The notes under the pieces were generated by a model. The model had not been told where the DNA came from. It saw only the letters and a list, made by a program, of their open reading frames with translations, and did no database searches. Shown here piece by piece: positions 51,572 through 61,730 of a stretch of 64,000 nucleotides of DNA. Source of the DNA: Pelagibacteraceae bacterium AG-461-B04 (GTDB lineage: Bacteria; Pseudomonadota; Alphaproteobacteria; Pelagibacterales; AG-422-B15); contig QCRN01000002.1 of the NCBI GenBank assembly GCA_003211835.1, positions 69,393 through 133,392 of the forward strand, given 5' to 3'. Position numbers and translations under genes: made by a program. Positions within the stretch are counted from its first letter, which is position 1. Each line of letters begins with the position of its first letter.

Positions 51572-52315
51572 TCAAGCAATTCTGCTTAATTCTTCATCGT
51601 TAGCCTCAAAATTTGAAAATATATGCTGAACATCTTCGTCACTATCAAGCTCGTTTATAAGATTTATAAGTGATTTCAACCTATCACCTTCAACTTTAAC
51701 TAATATATTTGGTCTCCACTGAAAACCAGATGAGACTGGCTCACCATATTTAGAAGCTAACAAGTCGTAAAACTTTGACAATGCATCAGGTAAGCATACC
51801 GTTTCATATTCATCCTCTTCTAAGAAACAATCTTCCGCGCCATTTTCAATTGAAAAGTTAAAAAACTCATCCTCAGTCGTAATATCCTTGTTGAATTTCA
51901 GAAAACCATAATGTTTAAATGCATGAGAAACCGAACCTGTTTCACCCAATGATCCGCCAAACTTTTGAAACGTTGATCTGACATTAGATGCTGTTCTGTT
52001 TCTATTATCAGTCAGTGCCTCAACAATTATAGATGTACCTGCTGGGCCAAATCCTTCATATCTCATCTGGTCATAATTAATAGTATCTTTCTCTAAAGAC
52101 TTTTTTATAGCACGATCAATATTCTCTTTTGGAAAACTCGATGCCTTTGCAAGTTGAATGGCCGATCTCAATCTAGCATTTTGATTAGGATCTGGTGAAC
52201 CTAACTTTGCTGCAACAGTTATTTCTTTGGATAACTTAGAAAATAGTCCTGCTCTTTTTTTGTCTTGCGCTCCTTTTCGGTATTGAATATTTTTAAACTT
52301 AGAGTGACCCGCCAT
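51572..52315 (-). CDS. yebC: YebC/PmpR-family DNA-binding regulator
   Basis: 247 aa. N-terminus MAGHSKFKNIQYRKGAQDKKR. Confidence 0.9.
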   Translation of the reverse strand: MAGHSKFKNIQYRKGAQDKKRAGLFSKLSKEITVAAKLGSPDPNQNARLRSAIQLAKASSFPKENIDRAIKKSLEKDTINYDQMRYEGFGPAGTSIIVEALTDNRNRTASNVRSTFQKFGGSLGETGSVSHAFKHYGFLKFNKDITTEDEFFNFSIENGAEDCFLEEDEYETVCLPDALSKFYDLLASKYGEPVSSGFQWRPNILVKVEGDRLKSLINLINELDSDEDVQHIFSNFEANDEELSRIA

Positions 52316-53116
52316 TTAGTTTCCTATTTTTCCCCCAATACGAATTGATTGAATATTTTTAGCAAGTAAATTGTCATGCTGCGACTCTATGATTACTCCA
52401 CATAATGTGCCTACCCCATCGGCAGGTGGTACTCTTTTTCTTTCAGTGTCTTGTGTTGCAAATTTTCTCACAAATTCTTGTTTTTTCGTTCCTATTACAG
52501 AGTCGTAATCACCACACATACCTGCATCTGTTTGATAAGCCGTCCCATGTTCCATAATAGTAGCATCAGCTGTTGGAACGTGAGTATGCGTCCCTACTAC
52601 CGCGGTGACACGTCCATCAAGATGATGACCCATGGCCATCTTCTCACTCGATGCTTCAGCATGAAAATCTACAAATATGAATGATAAATCTTTTACATCA
52701 ATTTTTTGCAATACCTCCTCGATTTTAAAAAAAGCATTGTCACAGGAGCGCATAAATAAGTTGCCCATTATATTAATAACTGCAATTTTTTCCTTATTGT
52801 CCAGCTCATAAATATTAAAGCCTAGCCCAGGAGATCCTTCCGCAAAATTATAAGGTTTTAATAGATTTCGATCCTTGTCGATGTAATTAGTGATTTCTTT
52901 TTGATCCCATAAATGATTTCCTGTGGTAATGACATTTACACCGTAAGAATACAATTCATTACATATACTTTCTGTAATACCGAAACCACCTGCAGCGTTT
53001 TCACCATTTGCTATTACGAAATCAATATTATTATCAATAATCGCTTGTGGCAGATGATCTCTTAAGGAATGCCTACCAGATCTACCCATTACATCCCCTA
53101 GGAATAAAATTTTCAT
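52316..53116 (-). CDS. YmdB-like metallophosphoesterase (TIGR00282 family)
   Basis: 266 aa. Motifs KILFLGDVMGRSGR, ANGENAAGG, DFHAEASSEK and GTHTHVPTAD. Confidence 0.8.
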   Translation of the reverse strand: MKILFLGDVMGRSGRHSLRDHLPQAIIDNNIDFVIANGENAAGGFGITESICNELYSYGVNVITTGNHLWDQKEITNYIDKDRNLLKPYNFAEGSPGLGFNIYELDNKEKIAVINIMGNLFMRSCDNAFFKIEEVLQKIDVKDLSFIFVDFHAEASSEKMAMGHHLDGRVTAVVGTHTHVPTADATIMEHGTAYQTDAGMCGDYDSVIGTKKQEFVRKFATQDTERKRVPPADGVGTLCGVIIESQHDNLLAKNIQSIRIGGKIGN

Positions 53117-53688
53117 ATTACTTTATATAAATAACTTTCTGTTAAAATCCAATCAAGTTTTTGATCATGACCTTCAATTGGAATTTTATAAACATTTTGA
53201 AAAGAAAATCCTAATCCTACTTTAATAATTTCTTTTTCTTCTTGGAAAGAAAAATATTTATCATAAAAACCTCCACCATATCCTAGTCTAAAACCACTTT
53301 CATTAAATGCTAGTAAAGGCACTAAGACTAGTTTTGGAAAAATAATTTCATTAGTTATCTCAGGTTCTAAAATATTATATTTATTTTTAATTAATTTGGT
53401 TCCAGTACTATATTTAAAAAAATTAATTTCATTAGTTTGATAATCAATTTTAGGTAAGCAAATATTTAAATTTTTTTCAATCAAGTATTTATGTATAGCA
53501 TTAGTACTTAATTCAGAATTATAATCGATATATGAACCTACATAATCACTATTCATATTATTTAATAATGGACGTAAATGAACGTGAGACATATTTTTTT
53601 CTTCATAATCTCTTGATAGGTGCTTTCTTCTATTGATTAAAAATTTGCGTAATATTTTTTTTTCTAGATGATGCTCTGTATTAATCAT
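53113..53688 (-). CDS. 5-formyltetrahydrofolate cyclo-ligase
   Basis: 191 aa. Motif VPLLAFNESGFRLGYGGGFYDKYF. Lies downstream of zapA, as in E. coli zapA-ssrS-ygfA. Confidence 0.75.
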   Translation of the reverse strand: MINTEHHLEKKILRKFLINRRKHLSRDYEEKNMSHVHLRPLLNNMNSDYVGSYIDYNSELSTNAIHKYLIEKNLNICLPKIDYQTNEINFFKYSTGTKLIKNKYNILEPEITNEIIFPKLVLVPLLAFNESGFRLGYGGGFYDKYFSFQEEKEIIKVGLGFSFQNVYKIPIEGHDQKLDWILTESYLYKVI

Positions 53689-53711
53689 TAATATTAATGA
53701 TTAGAAATTTT

Positions 53712-54077
53712 TTAACTTGCCTGTGAAAGCTTAGATAGTAAATCTGTTAATTTTTCATTATTAGTTTCAATGTATTTTTGACTTTCCATTTGTTGTTGGT
53801 CTAAAATTTTTTCTTTTGAATTAATACTTGTTTGAAGCTCTTCAATCTTAGTCAAATTTGAACTTAGTTTTTGATTAAGGTCGTGTATCTCATCAGCAAT
53901 CAGCAACGAAGCCATTACCATGAGCCTTGTTTCACCTATTTTTCCAAATCTTTTGGTCAATTCTCTGACTTTAAAGTCAATTCGCGAACTAAGTTGCTTT
54001 AGGTGATTTTCTTCACCAGGATCGCAAACTATCGCATAATCTTGATCATTAATATTTACAACTATTTCAGGCATCAA
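53712..54077 (-). CDS. zapA: Cell division protein ZapA
   Basis: 121 aa. N-terminal VNINDQDYAIVCDPGEENHL, then RLMVMASLLIADE and a C-terminal coiled coil. Confidence 0.75.
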   Translation of the reverse strand: MMPEIVVNINDQDYAIVCDPGEENHLKQLSSRIDFKVRELTKRFGKIGETRLMVMASLLIADEIHDLNQKLSSNLTKIEELQTSINSKEKILDQQQMESQKYIETNNEKLTDLLSKLSQAS

Positions 54078-54341
54078 TTATGAATCCAATATGTCTTTAA
54101 TTGTATAAATGTTTTCATCAAGCTGAGATGAGATATTTCCGGCAATATTTTTGAGCTCTAGAAAATCAGATTTTAAGATTTTAATTTCGTTTTCAAGGTG
54201 GTTATTTTCACTCAGAAGTTTTGCATTTTCATTTTCTAGAGACGAGACTTTTTTTGCTTCTTGTGACAATTTTTCAATCTCTCTGCCAAGGTTAGCAATG
54301 GTATTACTGAATTGATCTTTAGTATCTTGATATGTTGACAT
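54078..54341 (-). CDS. Small coiled-coil protein (DUF4164/ZauP-like by position upstream of zapA)
   Basis: 87 aa with heptad-rich sequence. Abuts zapA with zero spacing. The call rests on context only. Confidence 0.4.
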   Translation of the reverse strand: MSTYQDTKDQFSNTIANLGREIEKLSQEAKKVSSLENENAKLLSENNHLENEIKILKSDFLELKNIAGNISSQLDENIYTIKDILDS

Positions 54342-54404
54342 CTCGCACCCTTAATCTTTATGGGGAGTTTAACTGTCTTTTTTATTCCCAGTCAACTTTT
54401 AAAA

Positions 54405-54433
54405 TCACAAAAAAAATTAAATTTTTTTTGTGA
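54405..54433. repeat. Perfect 12-bp inverted repeat TCACAAAAAAAA-TTAAA-TTTTTTTTGTGA
   Basis: Read directly from the sequence. Lies in the 164-bp divergent region between the zapA operon and tkt. Confidence 0.6.
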
Positions 54434-54505
54434 ATAAGATATTATAATCTAAGACTCTTTCTACTTTATTGCTTATATTAGGCTCATTGTTGGTATAATA
54501 AATAA

Positions 54506-56503
54506 ATGTCTCAAAACTTAAATTCATCTTCTATCCCTCACGAGAATATGGCAAATGCCATAAGATTCTTATCGATTGACGCAGTGGAGAAAGCTAAGAG
54601 CGGACACCCTGGATTGCCAATGGGAATGGCTGATGTTGCCACTATTCTTTTCACTAAATTTCTGAAATTTAATTCTGCTGCCCCCAAGTGGCATGATAGA
54701 GATAGATTTGTATTATCTGCAGGTCACGGCTCGATGCTTCTGTATTCACTTCTGTATCTCACTGGTTACCGTGATATGACCATAAAGGATATCAAAAGAT
54801 TTAGACAACTTAATAGTAAATGTGCAGGTCATCCAGAATATGGACATGCTCAAGGTATTGAAACAACTACTGGCCCTCTAGGTCAGGGAATAGGAAATGC
54901 TGTAGGAATGGCATTAGCTGAAAAAATACTGAACAGCCAATTTGGAGATAAGACTGTCGATCACTATACTTACGTAATAGCCAGTGATGGTGACTTGATG
55001 GAAGGCATATCTCATGAGGTCGCTTCATTTGCGGGTCATTTGAAGTTAAATAAGCTAATTGTTTTTTTTGATGATAATGGAATTTCAATTGACGGACCTG
55101 TTAAACTCTCGAATTCTGAAAATACAATTGACCGCTTTAAGGCCTATGGATGGAACACAATAAAAATTAATGGGCATAATAAAGATGAAATTATAAAAGC
55201 GATAACAAAAGCTAAAAAATCAAAAAAACCTACTCTAATTTCTTGTAAAACAAAAATTGGATTCGGCTCACCTAACAAGCAAGGTAAATCATCCTCTCAT
55301 GGTAGTCCACTTGGGGAAGAAGAAGTAAGCTTGACTAGATCCAAACTAAAGTGGCCCCATAAGCCCTTTGCGGTTCCAACAGATGTATTAAATGAATGGA
55401 AAAAGTCTGGCAAGAGATCAACTGATGCATATAAAAAATGGAAAATAGATTTTGAAAAACTGTCCAAAAAGAAAAAAGATGAATTTGAAAGGAGAATTAG
55501 TGGAAATACTCCAAAAAAAGTTAATCTGCTTTTAGGCAAATTTAAAAAAAACTCAATAAAAAAACCAATTGATATAGCAACACGGCAAGCCTCTGAGATG
55601 GTGATTAACCAAATTGCACCCATCATGCCAGAATTAGTTGGTGGATCTGCAGATCTTACCGGTTCAAACAATACCAAAGGTAACAAAGTGGATGTTATTA
55701 ATTCAAAAAATTACCGAGGTAATTATATCTATTATGGAATAAGAGAGCATGGAATGGCAGCCATTATGAATGGCTTATCATTACATAGGGGCATAATACC
55801 ATTTGGAGGAACATTTTTAATATTTTTAGATTACTGTAAGCCTTCTCTTAGACTTGCGGCTCTTATGAAACAGAGGGCTATTTATATTTTAACACATGAC
55901 TCAATTGGCTTGGGTGAAGATGGCCCTACTCATCAACCAATTGAACAGCTGGCATCTCTAAGGGCAACACCAAATGTAAAAGTATTCCGGCCTGCTGATA
56001 TTATTGAAACAGCTGAAGCTTGGGAATTGGCTTTATCAAATCAAAAAGGTCCATCTGTTATTGCCTTAACTAGACAAAAGCTGCCTATGCTTAGAAAGAA
56101 ATATTACACAAAAAATATTAGTTCTCAGGGCGCATATGAAATTAAAAGTAACTCTAAAAATCCAGATGTTTCAATCTATGCCTCAGGTTCTGAGGTAGAA
56201 ATAGGTATACAGCTAATGAGTCTACTAGAAAAAAAGAAAAAAAATGTAAGAGTGATTTCAGTGCCCTGCATGGAGCTATTTAAAATTCAAAATAAGACAT
56301 ATCAAAAAAAGATCAGAGGGAATTCTAAGTTAAATATATCAATTGAAGCAGGGTCAAGTTTTGGATGGAGTGACATCTCTGGAGGAAATACTGTGAATAT
56401 ATGCATGAAAGATTTTGGAGCCAGCGCTCCCTATCAAAAACTTTACGATTACTATGGCTTCACAGCAAAAAAAATATTAAAGCAAGTAATTAAAAAAATA
56501 TAG
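54506..56503 (+). CDS. tkt: Transketolase
   Basis: 665 aa. Motifs SGHPGLPMGMADV, SDGDLMEGISHE and HDSIGLGEDGPTHQPIE. Confidence 0.92.
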   Translation: MSQNLNSSSIPHENMANAIRFLSIDAVEKAKSGHPGLPMGMADVATILFTKFLKFNSAAPKWHDRDRFVLSAGHGSMLLYSLLYLTGYRDMTIKDIKRFRQLNSKCAGHPEYGHAQGIETTTGPLGQGIGNAVGMALAEKILNSQFGDKTVDHYTYVIASDGDLMEGISHEVASFAGHLKLNKLIVFFDDNGISIDGPVKLSNSENTIDRFKAYGWNTIKINGHNKDEIIKAITKAKKSKKPTLISCKTKIGFGSPNKQGKSSSHGSPLGEEEVSLTRSKLKWPHKPFAVPTDVLNEWKKSGKRSTDAYKKWKIDFEKLSKKKKDEFERRISGNTPKKVNLLLGKFKKNSIKKPIDIATRQASEMVINQIAPIMPELVGGSADLTGSNNTKGNKVDVINSKNYRGNYIYYGIREHGMAAIMNGLSLHRGIIPFGGTFLIFLDYCKPSLRLAALMKQRAIYILTHDSIGLGEDGPTHQPIEQLASLRATPNVKVFRPADIIETAEAWELALSNQKGPSVIALTRQKLPMLRKKYYTKNISSQGAYEIKSNSKNPDVSIYASGSEVEIGIQLMSLLEKKKKNVRVISVPCMELFKIQNKTYQKKIRGNSKLNISIEAGSSFGWSDISGGNTVNICMKDFGASAPYQKLYDYYGFTAKKILKQVIKKI

Positions 56504-56514
56504 GAGTTATCAAA

Positions 56515-57525
56515 ATGGCAGTAAATGTTGCAATTAGTGGGTTTGGAAGGATTGGTAGATTAGTTCTCAGATCAATTATAGAGAGTAAACGTAAGGATAT
56601 TAATGTTGTTGCAATAAATGACTTAGCGCCTGTTGATACAAACGCATTCTTACTAGCGAATGATACGGTGCATGGACCTTTAAACGAAAAAATTTCTGTA
56701 AAGAAAAATAAAATGACCATTGGAAGGAAAACTATTTTAGTGCTTAATGAAAGAGATCCACAAAAACTTCCATGGAAAAAAATGAAAATTGACGTAGCAC
56801 TTGAATGTACTGGTTTATTTACCTCAAAAGAAAAAGCATCTATGCATATCAAAGCGGGAGCAAAAAAAGTTCTTGTCTCTGCCCCTTGCTCTGAAGCTGA
56901 TAAAACAATAGTATATGGAGTAAACGAACAAGAAATAACTCGCAATGATTTAGTTGTTTCGAATGCATCTTGCACTACGAACTGTTTGGCACCAGTAGTT
57001 AAAGTTCTTCACGAAAAATTTGGAATTGTTCATGGATATATGACTACCATTCATGCATTTACAGGTGACCAAAGTGTTTTGGATACATTTCATCCTGATT
57101 TAAGAAGAGCTAGAGCTGCTTCAATGTCAATGATACCTACATCAACAGGTGCCGCCAAAGCAGTTGGGTTAGTGATGCCAGAATTATCAGGAAAACTGGA
57201 TGGAACGGCAATTAGAGTACCAACACCCAATGTATCACTTATCGATTTTAAATTTGTATCAAAAAAAATAATGAAAGTTGATAGCGTAAATAAAGCCATG
57301 ACCGCTGCGTCACGATCCAATAAATTAAAAGGCATACTTAACGTTAATTCAGAGCCACTGGTTTCATCAGATTTTAATCATAATCCTGCTTCATCAAATT
57401 TTGACCTGACTCAAACACAAGTCATTGATGGAAAATTTGGAAGAGTTTTAAGTTGGTATGATAATGAGTGGGGTTTCTCAAATAGAATGTGTGATACTGC
57501 AGTAGCAATGAAAAGATCAAAATAG
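56515..57525 (+). CDS. gap: Glyceraldehyde-3-phosphate dehydrogenase
   Basis: 336 aa. Motifs ISGFGRIGR, catalytic SNASCTTNCLAP, and WYDNEWGFS. Confidence 0.92.
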   Translation: MAVNVAISGFGRIGRLVLRSIIESKRKDINVVAINDLAPVDTNAFLLANDTVHGPLNEKISVKKNKMTIGRKTILVLNERDPQKLPWKKMKIDVALECTGLFTSKEKASMHIKAGAKKVLVSAPCSEADKTIVYGVNEQEITRNDLVVSNASCTTNCLAPVVKVLHEKFGIVHGYMTTIHAFTGDQSVLDTFHPDLRRARAASMSMIPTSTGAAKAVGLVMPELSGKLDGTAIRVPTPNVSLIDFKFVSKKIMKVDSVNKAMTAASRSNKLKGILNVNSEPLVSSDFNHNPASSNFDLTQTQVIDGKFGRVLSWYDNEWGFSNRMCDTAVAMKRSK

Positions 57526-57527
57526 TA

Positions 57528-58724
57528 ATGCTAGATGTCTCTAATCTAAAAAAGATTACTGAGAAAAATAAAACTGTATTAATAAGATTTGATCTTAACG
57601 TTCCACTAAATTCTATTGATGAATATATTAGTGATAGAATAATCAGAATTAAAAAACCTATTTTAAATCTGTTGCATGAAAATCATAAAGTCATTATTTT
57701 ATCTCACTTGGGTAGACCAAAAGGAGAAATAAAGAATGAACTATCATTGCAACAAGTAGTTCCTCAGCTAGAAAAAGTTCTTGAAAAAAAAGTAAATTTC
57801 TTACCAGATTGTATCGGAAACGAAATAAAAGATAAAATTAATTCCCTTGAATATGGAACAGTTATTTTATTAGAAAACTGTAGATTCTATAAAGAAGAGG
57901 AAGAGAATGATCATGACTTTGCAAAAAAATTATCTGAGTTAGCTGATGTTTACATAAATGATGCATTTGCCTGTGCGCACCGCGCACATGCATCAATTGA
58001 GGCAATATCGCATTTCATGCCTTCATATTGTGGCGATCTTCTTGAAGAAGAAATAATTAACTTGCAAGAAGTGATACATGAACCTCTTAGTCCTGCTCTC
58101 ACAATAATAGGAGGTTCTAAAATATCCACAAAAATTACTATTCTTAAAAATTTATCAAAAAGAATGGATACCATTGTCATAGCTGGCGGTATGGCAAATA
58201 ACTTTTTGAAATACCATGGATATAATATCCAAAAATCATTGCATGAGGAAAATGTCGATCACTTAATTACAGAAATATTGGATTTTTCATCAAAAAATAA
58301 TTGTAGGTTAGTTTTGCCAATTGATGTGGTCACAGCACATAAAATTTCAGACAAGGCAGACTCTAAAGAGTCTAAAATTGATAATATTGAAGAACAAAAT
58401 ATGATTCTGGATATAGGCAAAAATACATTGAAGTTAATAAAAAATGAAATTAGTAAATCTAAAACTGTATTCTGGAATGGTCCACTTGGAGTATTTGAAA
58501 CTTATCCGTTTGACAAAGGCACTGTAGAAATTGCAAATTTTATTGGCACTCTAACTGAAAATAATAAAATTAGGTCATTTGCTGGTGGAGGTGATACAAT
58601 TTCTGCATTGGACTTAGCCCGTGTGAAAGATAAATTTTCTTATGTTTCTACTGGCGGTGGTGCATTACTTGAGCTAATAGAAGGTAAGAAATTACCAGGC
58701 CTGGTCGCATTAGGAATATTATAA
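57528..58724 (+). CDS. pgk: Phosphoglycerate kinase
   Basis: 398 aa. Motifs RFDLNVP, SHLGRPKG, WNGPLGVFE and GGGDT. Confidence 0.92.
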   Translation: MLDVSNLKKITEKNKTVLIRFDLNVPLNSIDEYISDRIIRIKKPILNLLHENHKVIILSHLGRPKGEIKNELSLQQVVPQLEKVLEKKVNFLPDCIGNEIKDKINSLEYGTVILLENCRFYKEEEENDHDFAKKLSELADVYINDAFACAHRAHASIEAISHFMPSYCGDLLEEEIINLQEVIHEPLSPALTIIGGSKISTKITILKNLSKRMDTIVIAGGMANNFLKYHGYNIQKSLHEENVDHLITEILDFSSKNNCRLVLPIDVVTAHKISDKADSKESKIDNIEEQNMILDIGKNTLKLIKNEISKSKTVFWNGPLGVFETYPFDKGTVEIANFIGTLTENNKIRSFAGGGDTISALDLARVKDKFSYVSTGGGALLELIEGKKLPGLVALGIL

Positions 58725-58730
58725 TAGGAG

Positions 58731-59750
58731 ATGAAAATGATACCAAAAACTTTAGAAGATATTGCAAGCTATATTGTAAAGGACGGCAAAGGAATACTAG
58801 CAGCTGACGAAAGCACTGGAACAATAGAAAAAAGATTTAAGTCAATTGACGTGGAGTCAACTGAAGATAACAGAAGAAAATATAGAGAAATGCTATTTAG
58901 ATCTCCCGCTATGGCAAAGGCTATCGGTGGGGTAATTTTATTTGATGAGACTCTAAGACAAAAAGCAAAAGATGGATCATTTTTAAGAGATGTAATTTTA
59001 AATCATGGGTCACTTCCTGGAATTAAGGTAGACCAAGGAGTAAAAGAACTGGAAGATAATTCTAATGAAAAAATCACAACTGGATTAGATGGCCTAAATG
59101 AACGTTGTAGAGAATATGATGCATTGGGTGCTAAATTTACTAAATGGAGAGCGGTAATCAATATTAGCGATGGCATGCCATCTACAAAATGTATCAATGA
59201 AAATATGTTAGCTTTATCAAAGTACGCCCTTATAGCTCAAGAAAATAATATGGTACCAATAGTAGAACCTGAAGTCATTATGGATGGCCCGCATACAATA
59301 GATCAATGCTATGACGTTACTAAGAATACATTATCTGTACTTTTTGAAATGCTAGATAAAAAAAATATAAATATTAAGGGCACCCTTTTAAAACCTAACA
59401 TGGTAGTTTCGGGAATAGAAAATAGTCATCAAGCAAATTATAGGGAAGTTGCAGAAAAAACTCTTGATTGCCTAAATTCCTCTGTGCCTGACGAGTTACC
59501 AGGCATTGTTTTTCTTTCTGGTGGTCAATCTGATATTGATGCAACGGCACACTTAGATGAGATGAATAAAATTGGTGGTTTTAAATGGAAACTAAGCTTC
59601 TCTTATGGAAGAGCATTGCAGCAAGCAGCATTGAAAGCTTGGTCAGGTAATGACAGTAATCTAGAGCATGCACAAAAAGCATTTGGCCATCGTGCAATCA
59701 TGAATATGAAAGCTTCTTTAGGTGAATGGAGCGAATCACTTGAGACTTAA
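58731..59750 (+). CDS. fba: Fructose-bisphosphate aldolase, class I
   Basis: 339 aa. Motifs GILAADESTGTIEKRF, the Schiff-base Lys context LLKPNMV, and LSGGQS. Confidence 0.88.
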   Translation: MKMIPKTLEDIASYIVKDGKGILAADESTGTIEKRFKSIDVESTEDNRRKYREMLFRSPAMAKAIGGVILFDETLRQKAKDGSFLRDVILNHGSLPGIKVDQGVKELEDNSNEKITTGLDGLNERCREYDALGAKFTKWRAVINISDGMPSTKCINENMLALSKYALIAQENNMVPIVEPEVIMDGPHTIDQCYDVTKNTLSVLFEMLDKKNINIKGTLLKPNMVVSGIENSHQANYREVAEKTLDCLNSSVPDELPGIVFLSGGQSDIDATAHLDEMNKIGGFKWKLSFSYGRALQQAALKAWSGNDSNLEHAQKAFGHRAIMNMKASLGEWSESLET

Positions 59751-59754
59751 TTGA

Positions 59755-60318
59755 ATGAAAATTAATGGTAATTCTGTAAAACCTGGCATGATTTTAGAGC
59801 ATAAGGGTGAGTTGTGGACTGTTGCCAAATCGCAATCAGTAAAACCAGGCAAGGGTGGAGCATTCAACCAGGTTGAAATGAAAAATATTAAAACTGGATC
59901 AAAACTAAATGAGAGGTTCAGAGCCTCTGAGGAGGTAGAACGTGTTCGGGTAGATGAAGAAAAGTACCAATATTTATATAAACAAGATGATAAACTAGTA
60001 TTTATGAATACAGACTCATACGAACAAATAGAACTGGACTCAGAAATTGCTGGAGATCGAATGGTCTTAATGAGTGAAAATGATGAAGTTATAATTGAGA
60101 TGTACAATGACAAAGCCATAGGAATACAACTTCCAAAAACTCTCTCCTTTATTGTTAGTGAAACGGAGGCGGTTGTTAAGGGTCAAACAGCTGCATCTTC
60201 AAATAAACCTGCAATATTAGAGAATGGCATAAGAGTAATGGTGCCACCTTTTATTGAACAAGGTGAGAAAATTGAAATCAATACAGAGGACTTAACTTAT
60301 TCTAAAAGAGTTGACTGA
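59755..60318 (+). CDS. efp: Elongation factor P
   Basis: 187 aa. Motif VKPGKGGAFNQVEMKNIKTG. Confidence 0.92.
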   Translation: MKINGNSVKPGMILEHKGELWTVAKSQSVKPGKGGAFNQVEMKNIKTGSKLNERFRASEEVERVRVDEEKYQYLYKQDDKLVFMNTDSYEQIELDSEIAGDRMVLMSENDEVIIEMYNDKAIGIQLPKTLSFIVSETEAVVKGQTAASSNKPAILENGIRVMVPPFIEQGEKIEINTEDLTYSKRVD

Positions 60319-61100
60319 TGAGTTACTCTGACCCTTATATAAATGCAATATTCCTTGCTTCAAGAAAAGTAAGTAAAAATCTCATACGAGACTTTGGAGA
60401 AGTTGAAAAATTACAGGTATCTTTAAAGGGAGTTTCTGATTTTGTTTCTTTAGCAGATACCCGAGCAGAGAAGCAAATAATAAAAGAACTTACTTATTCA
60501 TATCCTAAAATAAATATACTTGCTGAAGAAAATGGAACAATAAAAAACTCAGACGATAATATGAGATGGATAATCGATCCTCTTGATGGAACGAGTAATT
60601 TTGTTTTTAGTATCCCTCATTTTGCGATTTCAATTGCTTTAGAAAAAGACAATGAAATTATTGTAGGTGGAGTTTATCAGCCGCTGACAGATGAATTTTT
60701 TTGGGCTGTAAAAGGTAGGGGCGCTTTTTGCAATAACCTAAGGCTAAGAGTTTCATCAAGGGAAAACTTAGAAGACTGTATGATTGGAACAGGCATTCCT
60801 CACAAAGGAATGAAAGGGCACGAAGAGTATCTGCCTGGACTTAAAACAGTTATGGAAAATGTATGTGGTATTAGAAGATTGGGCGCTGCGTCTTTGGATC
60901 TAGCATATGTTGCTGCTGGCAAGTATGACGGTTATTGGGAAAAAAACTTAAAGCTAGTTGATATCGCTGCAGGATCATTAATTGTAAAAGAGGCAGGCGG
61001 AAAAGTAACTGACTTTGAAGGAAGAGAGGAATATCTCAATTCGGGGCGAATTCTTGCAACTAACTTTAGAATTCATGATCAACTTCAAAAAATAATTTAA
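60318..61100 (+). CDS. suhB: Inositol monophosphatase family protein (SuhB-like)
   Basis: 260 aa. Motifs AEENG, WIIDPLDGTSNF and VDIAAGSLIVKEAGG. TGATG overlap with efp. Confidence 0.85.
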   Translation: MSYSDPYINAIFLASRKVSKNLIRDFGEVEKLQVSLKGVSDFVSLADTRAEKQIIKELTYSYPKINILAEENGTIKNSDDNMRWIIDPLDGTSNFVFSIPHFAISIALEKDNEIIVGGVYQPLTDEFFWAVKGRGAFCNNLRLRVSSRENLEDCMIGTGIPHKGMKGHEEYLPGLKTVMENVCGIRRLGAASLDLAYVAAGKYDGYWEKNLKLVDIAAGSLIVKEAGGKVTDFEGREEYLNSGRILATNFRIHDQLQKII

Positions 61101-61403
61101 TTATATTTTTATACCAAATCTATTTAAAATTTTCTTTTCAAATTTCCAAAAATATTGGAGTTGTCCAAAAGGAATGGCAATTACTAATAATAATATTTGG
61201 TATATAAAAAATAAAAGAATAATTCTAATTGGCCAAAATATAATTGGATTAAAGTTTTCCTCTTTTAAGCCGATGATTTCAAGAAATTCGACTGTTATAT
61301 AAAGTGATAAAGATCCCGTGATTGCAAATACTACCATTATCAACGTAAACTGCCAAAAACTGATAATATTAAGTCTTTTCATCATTGCATTAACTATTCT
61401 CAT
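61101..61403 (-). CDS. Small integral membrane protein, unknown function
   Basis: 100 aa with about 3 hydrophobic helices. No recognised motif. Confidence 0.35.
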   Translation of the reverse strand: MRIVNAMMKRLNIISFWQFTLIMVVFAITGSLSLYITVEFLEIIGLKEENFNPIIFWPIRIILLFFIYQILLLVIAIPFGQLQYFWKFEKKILNRFGIKI

Positions 61404-61474
61404 AGAAATTCACTAAATAAATATTGATCAGAATTATTATATAGGTTAATTAACCTCAAAATTAACTAAATAAA

Positions 61475-61693
61475 ATGAAAAAAGATAAACATCCAAATTA
61501 TCATACAATTAACGTTGTAATGACAGATGGTACGAAGTTTGAAACGAAGTCCACATGGGGAAAAGAAGGAGATACAATGTCTCTTGATATAGATCCTTTA
61601 TCTCATCCTGCATGGACCGGTGGGCAGCAAAAAATTCAAGATAAAGGTCAAGTCAGCAGATTTAAGAAGAGATTTAGCAATCTTAAAACTTAA
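61475..61693 (+). CDS. rpmE: 50S ribosomal protein L31 (Cys-less form)
   Basis: 72 aa. Motif [10 protein letters not shown]...THPAWTGG. No CxxC motif. Confidence 0.9.
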   Translation: MKKDKHPNYHTINVVMTDGTKFETKSTWGKEGDTMSLDIDPLSHPAWTGGQQKIQDKGQVSRFKKRFSNLKT

Positions 61694-61702
61694 ACTTTGA
61701 AC

Positions 61703-61730
61703 CTTGAAATCAAGATAATCATCACAATAT
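61703..61730 (+). promoter_or_regulatory. Candidate sigma-32 promoter for the hsp20 gene
   Basis: CTTGAAA (61703-61709), then a 14-nt spacer after the CTTGAA hexamer, then CACAATAT (61723-61730). The E. coli sigma-32 consensus is CTTGAA-N13-17-CCCCATNT. Located about 95 nt upstream of the small heat-shock gene. Confidence 0.4.

Noticed and set aside
53689-53711. Expected 6S RNA (ssrS) between zapA and the 5-formyl-THF cyclo-ligase gene, as in E. coli zapA-ssrS-ygfA
   Set aside because: The gap is only 23 nt, far too short for an RNA of about 180 nt. I also could not recognise a 6S-like fold in the 164-nt region upstream at 54342-54505. No call was made.
55297-55686. 129-aa minus-strand ORF
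   Set aside because: It is antisense within transketolase and is a shadow ORF. The same reasoning applies to the other 60-110-aa track ORFs nested antisense in mnmA, pyrC, nadA/B/C, glyQS, aroC, ALDH, proX, the EamA gene, ftsH, tolB, tolA, tolQ, pgk and others.
56490-56975. 161-aa minus-strand ORF
   Set aside because: It is antisense to the N-terminal half of gap, whose identity is unambiguous. The composition is low-complexity and Phe/Ser/Ile-rich.
59736-60119. 127-aa minus-strand ORF
   Set aside because: It is antisense to efp and the end of fba. The sequence is Ser-rich and low-complexity with no recognisable domain.
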